From: Oscillospiraceae bacterium
Lineage (GTDB): Bacteria > Bacillota > Clostridia > Oscillospirales > QAMX01
DNA length: 64,000 nt
Reading direction: 5' to 3'
Assembly: GCA_015067825.1 (NCBI GenBank)
Contig: SVLQ01000011.1
Span: 32,721 to 96,720 of the forward strand
The position numbers were made by a program, and so were the translations under genes. Positions 27,445 through 37,247 of this stretch are shown in pieces. Below the pieces are notes generated by a model. The model saw only the letters and a list, made by a program, of their open reading frames with translations. It did no database searches and was not told where the DNA came from. Each line of letters begins with the position of its first letter. The first letter of the stretch is position 1.

Positions 27445-28134
27445 TTAGTTTTGCCCGTAGTAGGCGTTTTTTCCGTGTTTGCGCAGATAGTGTTTATCCA
27501 GCAGCTCCTGCTGCATCGGCGCGATCTGCGGGCACAGCGCCTCGGTTTGCAGCGCCATGCATGCCACTTCTTCCAGCACCACGGCGTTGTGGACTGCATC
27601 CGCCGCATCCTTGCCCCATGCAAACGGCCCGTGGGAGCAGACGAGTGCTGCCGGTACGGCGGCGGGATCGCGGCCGGCAAAGGTCTCAACGATCACCTTT
27701 CCGGTCTCCGCCTCGTAGGCACCGCCGATCTCTGCCGGTGTCAGCTTGCGCGTGCAGGGGATCTCGCCGTAAAAATAGTCGCCGTGCGTGGTTCCGTAAG
27801 CGGGGATCCCGCGGCCGGCCTGCGCCCATGCGGTCGCCCAACGCGAATGCGTGTGAACAATGCCGCCGATCGAGCGAAACGCCTTGTAGAGAACAAGATG
27901 CGTCGGCGTGTCGGAGGAGGGCTTGTAGTGCCCCTCCACCACGTTTCCGTCCGGATCGACAACGACCATATCTTCAGCCGTCATAGCGTCGTATGCAACG
28001 CCGCTGGGCTTGATCACGACCAGACCGCTTTCGCGGTCGATCGCCGAAACGTTCCCCCAGGTAAAGGTGACGAGTCCGTGTGCGGGGAGTGCGAGATTTG
28101 CTTCGCAGACTGCTTGTTTCAATGCTTCCAACAT
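27445..28134 (-). CDS. araD: L-ribulose-5-phosphate 4-epimerase
   Basis: '[46 protein letters not shown]' and '[11 protein letters not shown]' match class II aldolase/AraD. Start placed at ATG 28134, just after the araA stop. Confidence 0.85.
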   Translation of the reverse strand: MLEALKQAVCEANLALPAHGLVTFTWGNVSAIDRESGLVVIKPSGVAYDAMTAEDMVVVDPDGNVVEGHYKPSSDTPTHLVLYKAFRSIGGIVHTHSRWATAWAQAGRGIPAYGTTHGDYFYGEIPCTRKLTPAEIGGAYEAETGKVIVETFAGRDPAAVPAALVCSHGPFAWGKDAADAVHNAVVLEEVACMALQTEALCPQIAPMQQELLDKHYLRKHGKNAYYGQN

Positions 28135-28151
28135 ATCGTTCTTTCCCGCCT

Positions 28152-29621
28152 TTACCGCAGTTTCCAAGCGAGATCGTTGAGGAAAAGCTCTTTTTCCAAC
28201 GCCTCGACCGTGGTGTCCTTGGAAATGTGCACGAATTCAATACCCATCATGCAGGCCCAGTCCTTCATCTGTTCGGCAGAAACGTCGTAGGAGAGCACCG
28301 TGTGGTGCGCGCCGCCGGCCGTGATCCAACATTCGATGCCGGTCGTCAGGTTTGGCATTGCTTTCCACATCACGCGTGCGACGGGCAGATTCGGCATTTC
28401 CATGATCGGCTTGACGCAGACGATATCCTGGCAGATCAGACGCAGCCGGCCGCCCATATCGACCAGCGAAACCACGATGGCGTCTCCGGCCTTGCCCTCG
28501 AAAACCAGTCTGGCGGGATCTTTTTCGTTCATGCCGATGCCGAGGTGATGCGTTTCGATCCGCGGACGTGCGGCGGGATCGGCCAGACTCGGGCAGACCT
28601 CCAGCATATGCGCACCCAGCGAGTAACCGTCGTCATCGGTGAAATGATAGGTGTAATCCTCCATGAAAGCGGAGGCGCCGTTGCCGCCTTCGCCCATGGC
28701 CTTCATAATGGCCGTCATCGCCGCGACCTTCCAGTCGCCTTCCCCGCCGTAACCGTAGCCCTCGGCCATCAGGTGCTGAGAAGCGAGGCCGGGAAGCTGT
28801 TCCATGCCGTAAAGATCCTGGAACGTATTGGAAAACGCCCGGCAGCCTTCGCGGTCGAGCATTGCGCGGATCGCGAGCTCTTCGCGCGCCTGATAGCGGA
28901 TGGCGGCGAGATCCTCGGTCGCGATGTCGTAGTGTTGGCGGTATGTATCCATCAGAGCGTCGATCGATTCTTCGCTGACGGCGTGCATTTCTTTGACAAG
29001 ATCGCCGACAGCCCATGTGTTGACCTGCCAGCCGAGCTTGGTCTGCACCTCGACCTTATCGCCTTCGGTAACGGCAACTTCACGCATGTTGTCGCCGAAG
29101 CGCATGACCTTCAGCTCTTTGGAAACCGCCGCGCCGATCGCGGTCTTCATCCAACTGCCGAGGCGGCCGGCGACCGCGGGATCCTGCCAATGCCCGGCAA
29201 TGACCTTGCGCGGCATGCGCAGACGCGCCGCTAAAAATCCGTGCTCGCGGTCGCCGTGTGCGGCCTGATTCAGATTCATGAAATCCATGTCGATCGCATC
29301 GTTGGGGATCTCTTTGTTGTATTGTGTGGCGAGATGGCAGTAGGGCTTTTGCAGATTTGCCAGACCGTTGATCCACATCTTGGAGGGGCTGAAGGTATGG
29401 CACCATGTGACCACGCCGGCGCAGGCCCGGTCGTAATTGGCCTCACGCACGACGTCGGCGATCTCGGCGTTTGTTTTTGCGGTCACTTTGTAAACGAGCG
29501 GGTAGGGGAGCTTGGCCGATAACTCCGCGGCCATTTCTTTTGCGCGCTTTTCTACGGTCTCCAAAACCTCGGGGCCGTACAAAAACTGGGAGCCAACGAC
29601 AAACCAAAACCGATACTGCAT
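28152..29621 (-). CDS. araA: L-arabinose isomerase
   Basis: '[14 protein letters not shown]', '[16 protein letters not shown]' and '[15 protein letters not shown]'. 489 aa. Confidence 0.9.
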   Translation of the reverse strand: MQYRFWFVVGSQFLYGPEVLETVEKRAKEMAAELSAKLPYPLVYKVTAKTNAEIADVVREANYDRACAGVVTWCHTFSPSKMWINGLANLQKPYCHLATQYNKEIPNDAIDMDFMNLNQAAHGDREHGFLAARLRMPRKVIAGHWQDPAVAGRLGSWMKTAIGAAVSKELKVMRFGDNMREVAVTEGDKVEVQTKLGWQVNTWAVGDLVKEMHAVSEESIDALMDTYRQHYDIATEDLAAIRYQAREELAIRAMLDREGCRAFSNTFQDLYGMEQLPGLASQHLMAEGYGYGGEGDWKVAAMTAIMKAMGEGGNGASAFMEDYTYHFTDDDGYSLGAHMLEVCPSLADPAARPRIETHHLGIGMNEKDPARLVFEGKAGDAIVVSLVDMGGRLRLICQDIVCVKPIMEMPNLPVARVMWKAMPNLTTGIECWITAGGAHHTVLSYDVSAEQMKDWACMMGIEFVHISKDTTVEALEKELFLNDLAWKLR

Positions 29622-29655
29622 AAAGAAGCCTCCTGATGAGTCAGATTTTGTGAGT

Positions 29656-30096
29656 TTATTCGGGTATGAGCGACCACTCGGAAAACAGCTTCAGGATCGC
29701 ACTGCGAAGCGCTTCGGCTGTGCGGCGGTACGTTGCGAGATCGCCGCCGAAGGGGTCTGGGATCGGCGGATCAAACACAGAAATGCGCCCGGAAAGCTCC
29801 GGCAGCGCGGCGGCGATCGCCGCTGCGTGCGATTGCGACATGCAGACGATGCGGTCGGCGCTTTCCAAAAGTTCCGGCGTGGCGGGTTTGGCACGGTGGG
29901 ATTCCAACGCGCCGCCCAACTCGGCGGCTGCCGTCACGGCGTTTGGGGATGCGGGCTCGCCGGGATACGCCGCCAACCCGCACGAATCCACGGAGACCTG
30001 CGCGGAAAGCCCACGGGCATCGAGCTCTGCCCGGGCGAGCGCTGCGGCCATCGGGCTGCGGCAGGTGTTTCCGGTGCAGACAAACAGAATATGCAT
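29656..30096 (-). CDS. Low-molecular-weight phosphatase, YwlE-like (probable protein arginine phosphatase)
   Basis: P-loop 'CTGNTCRSPMA' and the 'DPFGG' D-loop. The Thr in CTGN-T-CRS is the residue associated with arginine-phosphate specificity in B. subtilis YwlE. Confidence 0.75.
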   Translation of the reverse strand: MHILFVCTGNTCRSPMAAALARAELDARGLSAQVSVDSCGLAAYPGEPASPNAVTAAAELGGALESHRAKPATPELLESADRIVCMSQSHAAAIAAALPELSGRISVFDPPIPDPFGGDLATYRRTAEALRSAILKLFSEWSLIPE

Positions 30097-30114
30097 AGTT
30101 CTTCCTTCTTTAAA

Positions 30115-32754
30115 TTAGCCTTTGGCCTCTGCCCACGTTTTGCCGATGCCGCAGTCGGCGGCAATACGGACGTTCAGCTTGGCCGCGCTTTCCATCTCTT
30201 CGGAGACGATCGCGGCAACCTTTGTCGCCTCGTCTTCCGGTGCCTCGACGATCAGTTCGTCGTGCACCTGCAGGATCAGGCGAGCCCTCATTCCTTCGCG
30301 GCGCAGCCGACGGAAGACCAGAACCATGGCCCGCTTGATGATGTCGGCGGCCGTCCCCTGGATCGGTGTGTTGAGCGCGACGCGCTCGGCGGCCGAGCGG
30401 ATGTTGAAATTCGACGATTTGATGTCGGGCAGATAGCGGCGGCGGTGATCCAGCGTGGCGACGAAACCGTCTTCCTTGGCCTTTGCCACAACGGCTTCCA
30501 TGTAGCGCTTGACGCCGGCGTATTTTGCGAAATATTTGTCCATCATCTCTTTGGCTTCCGCACGCGTGGAACCGATGTCCTCGGCGAGCGAGAATTCGGA
30601 AATGCCGTAGACGATGCCGAAGTTGACGGCTTTTGCGCTGCTTCGCTGCCGCGGCGTGATCTCCTCAGGCGGTACGTCGTAGACCTGTGCGGCCGTGGTG
30701 GTGTGGATGTCTGCGCCGTTGGCAAATGCGTCGAGCATGATCTTGTCGTCGGCGATGTGGGCGAGGATCCGGAGTTCGATCTGCGAATAGTCGGCGTCAA
30801 CGAGCAAGTACCCGTCGCGCGCGGAAAACATCTCGCGCAGGGTGCTGCCGGGGTCGGAGCGCACGGGGATGTTCTGCAGGTTCGGCTCGGAGGAGCTCAA
30901 ACGGCCGGTGATCGTGCCGGTTTGGTCGAAGGTCGAACGGATGCGGCCGTCGGGGCCAACGAGCTTCAAAAGTCCTTCCACGTAGGTCGATCTCAGCTTG
31001 GTCAGCGCACGGTATTCTAAAATCAATCCGATGATCTCATGGTGCGCCATCAGCGGCTTTAAGGCGTCGATGTTGGTCGAATAGCCGTTCTTGGTTTTCT
31101 TGCGGGCGGGCAGCCCGAGCTTTTCGAAGAGGATCACACCGAGCTGCTTGGGCGAGTTGATGTTAAAGGTCTCGCCGGCGAGCAGGTAGATCCCGGCTTC
31201 CAGTTCGGTGATCCGCGCGGTCAGCTTGTCGCCGAATGCAGAGAGGGCGGCAGAATCGATGCGGAATCCGTCGGATTCCATGTTGGCGATGACCTCCGAA
31301 AGCGGCATCTCCACGTTGTAAAGGAGATCTTCGAGCTCGTCGGCGCGGATCTTTTCGGCTAAAACCGGGACAAGTTTCAGCAGGAGATCGGCCTGTGCGG
31401 CAAGTGTGCCGGATGCGGGCGCGGATTCTTCGGCTGCCGTAAAGAGGTCAAGCTGCTCGTCGGCCTTGGGCGCATCGGTACGCGGTGCGGTATTGAAAAA
31501 ATGCTCGGCAAGCGCATCGAATGCAAGCGGCAGATGCAGCAGATAGGCCGCGAGCAGGGTGTCGAATGCGAACGCGGGTGGTGTGAGTTCCGTGCGCAGA
31601 CAGAGATGGCAGAGCGCCTTGGAATCGTGCACCCAAAGCGGGCGGCCACAGGCAAATATCGCTTCCAGCGCCGCTTTGCACGCATCCTCCGAACCTGCGG
31701 CAAATTCGATCAGCTCCGCTTCGTCGGCGAGTGCGATCGCCTTGCCAGATGGGTCAATGGCGGCGGCAAGAGGTCCGCTGCGCGCAAGGATCGTAGAAAG
31801 CGCTGCCGGATCGCTTTCTGTGCGGGACGAGCGCGGTGTGAACGCGTTGGTATCGGTGCCGGCAGGCGCAAACTTGGGCGCTTTCAGCCCGAATTTTGTA
31901 ATGATGCTGCGGAGTTCGAGCTTGGCGAGGATCGCGTAAAGCGCGTCGTTGTTCGGTTCCTTGCGGAGCAGATCCTCGAGCGCCAGCGAAACCGGCGCAT
32001 CGCAGACGATCTCCGCGAGCATCCGGCTCATGTAGGCGCTCTCTTTTCCGGCCTCCAACTTGGCGCGGGCGGCCGGTTTAATATCGGGGGAGTCGAGGTT
32101 TTCGTAAACGCCGTCGAGGGAGGAAAAACGGCGGATCAGGTCGAATGCGGTCTTTTCGCCGATGCCTTTGACGCCGGGGATGTTGTCGGAGGCGTCGCCC
32201 ATCAGCGCCTTGACTTCGATAAACTGCGGCGGAGTCACGCCGTAGTCGAGCTCTAACTGCAGCGAATCGTAGAGCACGGTATCCGTGCGCCCCATGCGTG
32301 TGGAAACGTAGCGCATGGTCACGCCGTCGCAGACGAGCTGGAAACTGTCACGGTCGCCCGTGACCAAAACGCAGGTGTCGCCATTTGCGATTGCCTTGCG
32401 CGAGAGCGTGCCGAGCAGATCGTCGGCTTCAAATCCCTCCAGCTCCAGACGGTATACGCCCATTGCGTCGAGGATCTCTTTCAAGATCGGCAGCTGCACG
32501 GCGAGCTCTTCCGGCATCCCCTTGCGCTGGGCTTTGTAACCGTCGTAGGCGTTGTGGCGGAAGGTCGGCGCCTTCAGGTCAAAACAGACGCAAACGCCGT
32601 CGGGCGTTTCATCAACCATCAGCTTGGAAAAAATATTCAAAAAACCGAGCAAAGCGTTCGTATAGGTGCCGTCGGGGGCGGAAAGCAGGCGAATGCCGTA
32701 AAACGCGCGGTTGATAATACTGTTGCCGTCGATCACAACAAATTTCCGGCTCAA
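30115..32754 (-). CDS. polA: DNA polymerase I
   Basis: 5'-nuclease N-terminus 'FVVIDGNSIINRAFYG' and polymerase motifs 'DYSQIELRILAH', 'RRSAKAVNFGIVYG' and 'QVHDELIVE'. Probable TTG start at 32754 (RBS 'AAGGGG'), downstream of TGgTATAAT at 32799-32791 on the minus strand. Confidence 0.9.
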   Translation of the reverse strand: MSRKFVVIDGNSIINRAFYGIRLLSAPDGTYTNALLGFLNIFSKLMVDETPDGVCVCFDLKAPTFRHNAYDGYKAQRKGMPEELAVQLPILKEILDAMGVYRLELEGFEADDLLGTLSRKAIANGDTCVLVTGDRDSFQLVCDGVTMRYVSTRMGRTDTVLYDSLQLELDYGVTPPQFIEVKALMGDASDNIPGVKGIGEKTAFDLIRRFSSLDGVYENLDSPDIKPAARAKLEAGKESAYMSRMLAEIVCDAPVSLALEDLLRKEPNNDALYAILAKLELRSIITKFGLKAPKFAPAGTDTNAFTPRSSRTESDPAALSTILARSGPLAAAIDPSGKAIALADEAELIEFAAGSEDACKAALEAIFACGRPLWVHDSKALCHLCLRTELTPPAFAFDTLLAAYLLHLPLAFDALAEHFFNTAPRTDAPKADEQLDLFTAAEESAPASGTLAAQADLLLKLVPVLAEKIRADELEDLLYNVEMPLSEVIANMESDGFRIDSAALSAFGDKLTARITELEAGIYLLAGETFNINSPKQLGVILFEKLGLPARKKTKNGYSTNIDALKPLMAHHEIIGLILEYRALTKLRSTYVEGLLKLVGPDGRIRSTFDQTGTITGRLSSSEPNLQNIPVRSDPGSTLREMFSARDGYLLVDADYSQIELRILAHIADDKIMLDAFANGADIHTTTAAQVYDVPPEEITPRQRSSAKAVNFGIVYGISEFSLAEDIGSTRAEAKEMMDKYFAKYAGVKRYMEAVVAKAKEDGFVATLDHRRRYLPDIKSSNFNIRSAAERVALNTPIQGTAADIIKRAMVLVFRRLRREGMRARLILQVHDELIVEAPEDEATKVAAIVSEEMESAAKLNVRIAADCGIGKTWAEAKG

Positions 32755-32898
32755 AAGAGACCCCTTCTTTCGTGTGGAGAACTTACCTATATTATACCAC
32801 AGATCGGGCGTGAAAGAAAACAGCCGCAGCAAATTTTCATGAAGGAAGTGTGAATTTGTGGGATTTCGGCAATATGTAAACCCGCCGGAGCGGGTGTT

Positions 32899-34134
32899 TT
32901 ATTCGCAGGTGTGCCAGCCGAGACGGTCTCCCGTGCGGACTGCGATGGCGTTGGCGAGCAAAACAGCTGCTTCACCGCGCGTCAGCGGCAGTGTGCCGTC
33001 GCTCACCGCACGGAAGACGCCGAGCGCGGTGAGCGTACTCACATCGGTTGCCGCCCAAGCGGGAACGGCGGCGTTGGGTACACCGGCAACCGGTTCGGCA
33101 TCCAACATGCGGGAGAGGATTGCTGCTGCCTCCGCGACGGTAACATCGTCGCCGTAGCGCGTATCGGAGACGATGTCCGCTTCGGCTGCCGCTGCGATAT
33201 AGGCGCTCTGCCAACCGCAGGCTTCGGTCAAAGCCGCGCCGGCGGGCGTGCCGAGCGGGAGCTCGAGGGCTGCGGCGGCAAGGGCGATGAACTCGCCGCG
33301 GTCAATGGTTTCGCCGGCGTCAAAGAGCATGTCACCGCCAACTGATCGGCCGCGGTAGACGCCTGCCTCCGCGAGGCTGACTGCGGCATGCTGCAGCGGA
33401 GAGTTGAGAAGATCGCTGTAAAAAACGTCGGTATCCCGTTTGCCAACAGCAATCGTCACGGTCGCAAGGTCCGAGGTATTGCCTGCGTTGTCGGCGGCAT
33501 AATAGGAAAAACAGACCTCACCGGTTTTGCCGGCGGGCGAATAGATCAGCTGTCCGTCGACGACCGAAAGTGTGCCCTTGGCCGGGGCGGAAACGACCGT
33601 GTAGGTGAGCGGGTCGCCTTCGTGGTCAAAGGCGGAGAGCGCGATGGGCAGGTCAATGTCGCGGTATCCCGAAAGCGTCAGGTCGGCTGCCGTCGGTGCA
33701 AAATTGCGGGTATCGCCGGAGCGGACGGTAATGCGCGAAGCGCTGCCGGAAGTCTCGGTCGAGCCGCTGGCAAACAGCGGCAGAAAATCGAGCGTTCCTT
33801 CCGCTTGTTCGGCCTCAGGTCGGAAGGAAAGTGCCGAAAACTGCGTGCGGGAGATGATCGTGCCGTCGGAAAGGGGCGAACCGTCGAGCCAAAACGCGCC
33901 ACCCAAAGTGTGTACGGCGGTGATGAGCAGTCCGGTCGGCTGATGTTTTCCGATCGTATTTTCGGCCAGATCCTCTTCTGAGAAAACGATCTCTGCGCCA
34001 ACGCTTCCGTGCTTGGCAAACGGCTTGACCGCCGAAATGCTGTCGTCGGCCGAAACGGGAAGAAGCGCGGCGAATACGGTGCAAAAAATAGTGAGTGCCA
34101 AAGTCAAAAGAATGGTGTGAGCTTTTTTACGCAT
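32899..34134 (-). CDS. Secreted protein with C-terminal SLH-like repeats
   Basis: Signal peptide 'ILLTLALTIFCTVFAALLPVSA'. Three SLH-like segments, for example 'FYSDLLNSPLQHAAVSLAEAGVYRG...IDRGEFIALAAAAL'. Confidence 0.7.
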   Translation of the reverse strand: MRKKAHTILLTLALTIFCTVFAALLPVSADDSISAVKPFAKHGSVGAEIVFSEEDLAENTIGKHQPTGLLITAVHTLGGAFWLDGSPLSDGTIISRTQFSALSFRPEAEQAEGTLDFLPLFASGSTETSGSASRITVRSGDTRNFAPTAADLTLSGYRDIDLPIALSAFDHEGDPLTYTVVSAPAKGTLSVVDGQLIYSPAGKTGEVCFSYYAADNAGNTSDLATVTIAVGKRDTDVFYSDLLNSPLQHAAVSLAEAGVYRGRSVGGDMLFDAGETIDRGEFIALAAAALELPLGTPAGAALTEACGWQSAYIAAAAEADIVSDTRYGDDVTVAEAAAILSRMLDAEPVAGVPNAAVPAWAATDVSTLTALGVFRAVSDGTLPLTRGEAAVLLANAIAVRTGDRLGWHTCE

Positions 34135-34334
34135 AAGAATAGGATCCTTTCTTGGGAGAATCGTTCTGTCTGCTGTTATTGTTGTCCGAATAGATCAAAA
34201 TACGCATGGTAAAATTTTCAGAACTCAAAAGCTGCCCTCTAACGCGGCGAATGTACTTTTTGCGTAGACAGCGCCGGAAATGTGTGGTATAATATCAGCA
34301 ATGTGAAAGAATCTAATGCGTACTTGTCTTTTGT

Positions 34335-35969
34335 GTGTTTGTCCGGTGCAAGGGTGAACCACGACGTTTGTATCAAACAGAGAGAATCGCACAGTGTGCC
34401 GTGTTTTTCTCCGCGGCAGAAGGACGTGATCGTATAGCCGGCGACAACAAAATACTCCGTGCAATTACCGGTGTTACCGGTGTGATGCTTGTAGCAAAAT
34501 TACTCGCAGTTTTGCGCAATATTTTGCAGGCCCGTGTTTTTGGGACCGGTGCGGAGATCGATGTTTTTACACAGGTAAATAATTATTCTGTTTCGTTGTT
34601 TACAACGATTGCCTACGCCCTTTGTGTGGCGGCCGTACCGATTTTTTCACAGCGGCTGTTGACAGAGCGGAAACAGGTTTTTCAAACGGCGGATCGTTTG
34701 ATCTCCAACACCATGCTGCTTTCGCTGGGAGCGGGTGCGGTTCTGCTGCTGCTCAATTTGTTTGGCGTGATCGGCCGTGTGGTCGGCATCGGCGAATACG
34801 GCAGCTTTTTCCGCTTTGGATTCGGGATTATGTTGATTTCGCTGCCGATCATCATGCTGACGTATTTGCTGGTAGCACTCTTTCAGTCTCTGGGACATTT
34901 TGCGTTGCAGGGCACACTCAGCTTGCTCTACAATTTGGTTTTGTGTGCTATACTGGTCGTGTTCGGCGATAAGCTCAGTTTGCGGACCTTCGTGACGATT
35001 ACCTCGGTCAGTTGGCTGCTGCAATTGGCGATGGCGCTTCCGTATGTGAAAAAGGAACACTATCACTTCCGTCTTTCGATCGACCTTCGCGACCGTCAAT
35101 ACTGGCGTTTTTTGCGAACCGGTGTCGTGACTGTGCTGAATTCGTCGCTATTTTTGTTTTGCTACCTGCTGAATACCCGGATGGCCGCATCGGCTGCTGA
35201 GGGGACCATCTCGGCGTTTTTCTACGCCGAGCGTTTTTACGAGCCGATGGCGACGACGATCATCTACAGCGTGGGGATCGTTATGTTTCCTCATTTTAGC
35301 CAAAAGTTTGGGCAGATTTCGTTGCAGGAATACGGTTCGTACGTTGTTCGGGTGATGAAAAACGCTCTTTTAATCGTGCTGCCGGTTTCGGCGCTGTTTT
35401 TTGCGTTCGGAACGCCAATCATCCGCGTGCTCTTTGAGGGCGGAAGTTTTACTGCCGAGGACAGCCTGCAGACCGGTATGATCTTTTCGCTGTATGCGTT
35501 GGGAATGGCAGGATTTTTTGCGTTCGACCTCTTAAGCAAAGCGTATTACGCGATGGGAAAAACTCTGATTCCGTTGTTTGCGATGCTCGCGACACTTGGG
35601 TTGTGCGCGGTTCTGAATGTTATCTGTGCGCAACTTGCTCCGGCGCGGCCTGCGCTTTTGGCGGCAGGTACGGCTACTGCGTTTTTGGCCGGTGGGTTGG
35701 GACTTTTTCTTTGGTTTGCGCGCGGCCAAAAGGTGAAATTCCCGGCAATCCCGCTGCTGGTTGCCTTGGTGGCAGCCTCGGTATTGGGCGTCGGGGGGTA
35801 CTGGATCGGTCAGCATGTGCTCGCGGGCGCTCAGAGCAAGTTCGAGCTCGTGTGGAAGTGCGGTGTGGCCGGCGGTGTTGGGTTACTTGCCTATCTGCCG
35901 ATCGTCAGTTCGCTGCTGCCGATCTCCAAACTGCTGCGGAAGAAGAAAAACGATCAAAACGATCAATAA
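34335..35969 (+). CDS. murJ: Lipid II flippase MurJ (MviN family)
   Basis: 'LVAKLLAVLRNILQARVFGTGAEIDVF' plus many TM helices. The start is uncertain: the GTG at 34335 comes from the ORF track, and in-frame TTG 34368 or GTG 34401 are possible. TGgTATAAT lies at 34285-34293. Confidence 0.8.
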   Translation: MFVRCKGEPRRLYQTERIAQCAVFFSAAEGRDRIAGDNKILRAITGVTGVMLVAKLLAVLRNILQARVFGTGAEIDVFTQVNNYSVSLFTTIAYALCVAAVPIFSQRLLTERKQVFQTADRLISNTMLLSLGAGAVLLLLNLFGVIGRVVGIGEYGSFFRFGFGIMLISLPIIMLTYLLVALFQSLGHFALQGTLSLLYNLVLCAILVVFGDKLSLRTFVTITSVSWLLQLAMALPYVKKEHYHFRLSIDLRDRQYWRFLRTGVVTVLNSSLFLFCYLLNTRMAASAAEGTISAFFYAERFYEPMATTIIYSVGIVMFPHFSQKFGQISLQEYGSYVVRVMKNALLIVLPVSALFFAFGTPIIRVLFEGGSFTAEDSLQTGMIFSLYALGMAGFFAFDLLSKAYYAMGKTLIPLFAMLATLGLCAVLNVICAQLAPARPALLAAGTATAFLAGGLGLFLWFARGQKVKFPAIPLLVALVAASVLGVGGYWIGQHVLAGAQSKFELVWKCGVAGGVGLLAYLPIVSSLLPISKLLRKKKNDQNDQ

Positions 35970-35975
35970 AGAACT

Positions 35976-36015
35976 GCAGCCGCAGGGATCCCGTGAAACG
36001 GATTGCTGCGGCTGC
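35976..36015 (+). terminator. Hairpin after murJ
   Basis: 10-bp arms GCAGCCGCAG / CTGCGGCTGC with an inner stem. The T-tract is weak. Confidence 0.5.
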
Positions 36016-36223
36016 GACTGTATTTACGGGATCGACAGAACGGCTTCGGCATATTCATTGTGAAAAATGACATTGAAAAGCCCCTCGGAACCCTTGAAAA
36101 AAAGCAAAATTTGCGATAGACGCACGCACGGTTTTATGGTATAATATCAGTATTGAAACAGTCGATTTTTGTCGGTTATTATCTGCCCTTTGGGCAGTCA
36201 ATCAGGAAACGGAGGAACTCTGC

Positions 36224-37207
36224 ATGAATCTTAGCAATGTGCGTCCCGAAACCATGGCGCGTATCAACACGCCCGAACTCGCCGAAGCATTTATCGCCGA
36301 ACAGGTGGCCGAAGTCCGCGCGCAGGTCGGAGACAAAAAGGTGCTGCTGGCGCTGTCCGGCGGCGTTGACTCTTCTGTCGTTGCCGCACTGCTGATCAAA
36401 GCCATCGGCAAACAGCTCGTCTGTGTCCACGTCAACCACGGTCTGATGCGTAAGGGCGAAAGCGAACAGGTCATCGAGATCTTCCGCAACGGCTTGGATG
36501 CCAACCTCGTCTACGTCGATGCGACCGACCGTTTCCTCGACCTTCTCAAAGGTGTTTCCGATCCTGAAGCCAAGCGCAAGATCATCGGCAACGAATTCAT
36601 CAAAGTCTTCGACGAAGAATCGAGCAAGCTCGAAGGCATTTCCTTCCTCGCCCAAGGCACGATCTACCCCGACATCGTCGAAAGTGTCGGCGTCAAGGCG
36701 CACCACAACGTCGGCGGTCTGCCGGAAGACATGCAGTTTGAACTGGTCGAACCGATCCGCCTGCTCTATAAAGACGAAGTCCGCGTCGTCGGCAAGGCTC
36801 TCGGCCTGCCCGCCAACATGGTCGACCGCCAGCCGTTCCCGGGCCCTGGCCTCGGCGTCCGCTGCCTCGGCGAAATCGAACGTGACCGCCTGCACTCCCT
36901 GCGCGAATCCGACGCGATCCTCCGCGAAGAATTCGACAAGGCCGGCCTGACCGACAAAGTCTGGCAGTTCTTTACCGTCGTTCCCGATTTCCGTTCCACC
37001 GGTGTCCGCGACGGCAAGCGCGCGTGGGATTGGCCGGTCATCATCCGTGCGGTCAACACCGTCGACGCCATGACCGCCACCGTTCCGGAAATCGACTGGG
37101 CCGTCCTCAAAAAGATCACCGACCGCATCCTCGCCGAAGTACCGGGCGTCTGCCGCGTCCTCTACGATCTGAGCCCGAAAGCCCCTGCCACGATCGAGTG
37201 GGAATAA
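36224..37207 (+). CDS. guaA: GMP synthase ATP-pyrophosphatase and dimerisation domains only (no glutamine amidotransferase domain)
   Basis: 'VLLALSGGVDSSV' is the PP-loop. 'DPEAKRKIIGNEFI', 'LAQGTIYPDIVES', 'HHNVGGLPEDM', 'QPFPGPGLGVR' and a C-terminal 'ATIEWE' align with E. coli GuaA residues ~200-525. Clear RBS 'GGAGGA'. Confidence 0.85.
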   Translation: MNLSNVRPETMARINTPELAEAFIAEQVAEVRAQVGDKKVLLALSGGVDSSVVAALLIKAIGKQLVCVHVNHGLMRKGESEQVIEIFRNGLDANLVYVDATDRFLDLLKGVSDPEAKRKIIGNEFIKVFDEESSKLEGISFLAQGTIYPDIVESVGVKAHHNVGGLPEDMQFELVEPIRLLYKDEVRVVGKALGLPANMVDRQPFPGPGLGVRCLGEIERDRLHSLRESDAILREEFDKAGLTDKVWQFFTVVPDFRSTGVRDGKRAWDWPVIIRAVNTVDAMTATVPEIDWAVLKKITDRILAEVPGVCRVLYDLSPKAPATIEWE

Positions 37208-37247
37208 ACTGTCCAATCATACATTTTGATAAATGGAGATGTTTGCT

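Noticed and set aside
36146-36223. Purine/ZTP/PRPP riboswitch in the guaA-purC leader.
   Set aside because: Only a 6-bp hairpin (CTGCCC-TTT-GGGCAG) is present. None of the conserved cores of these riboswitch classes could be aligned by eye.
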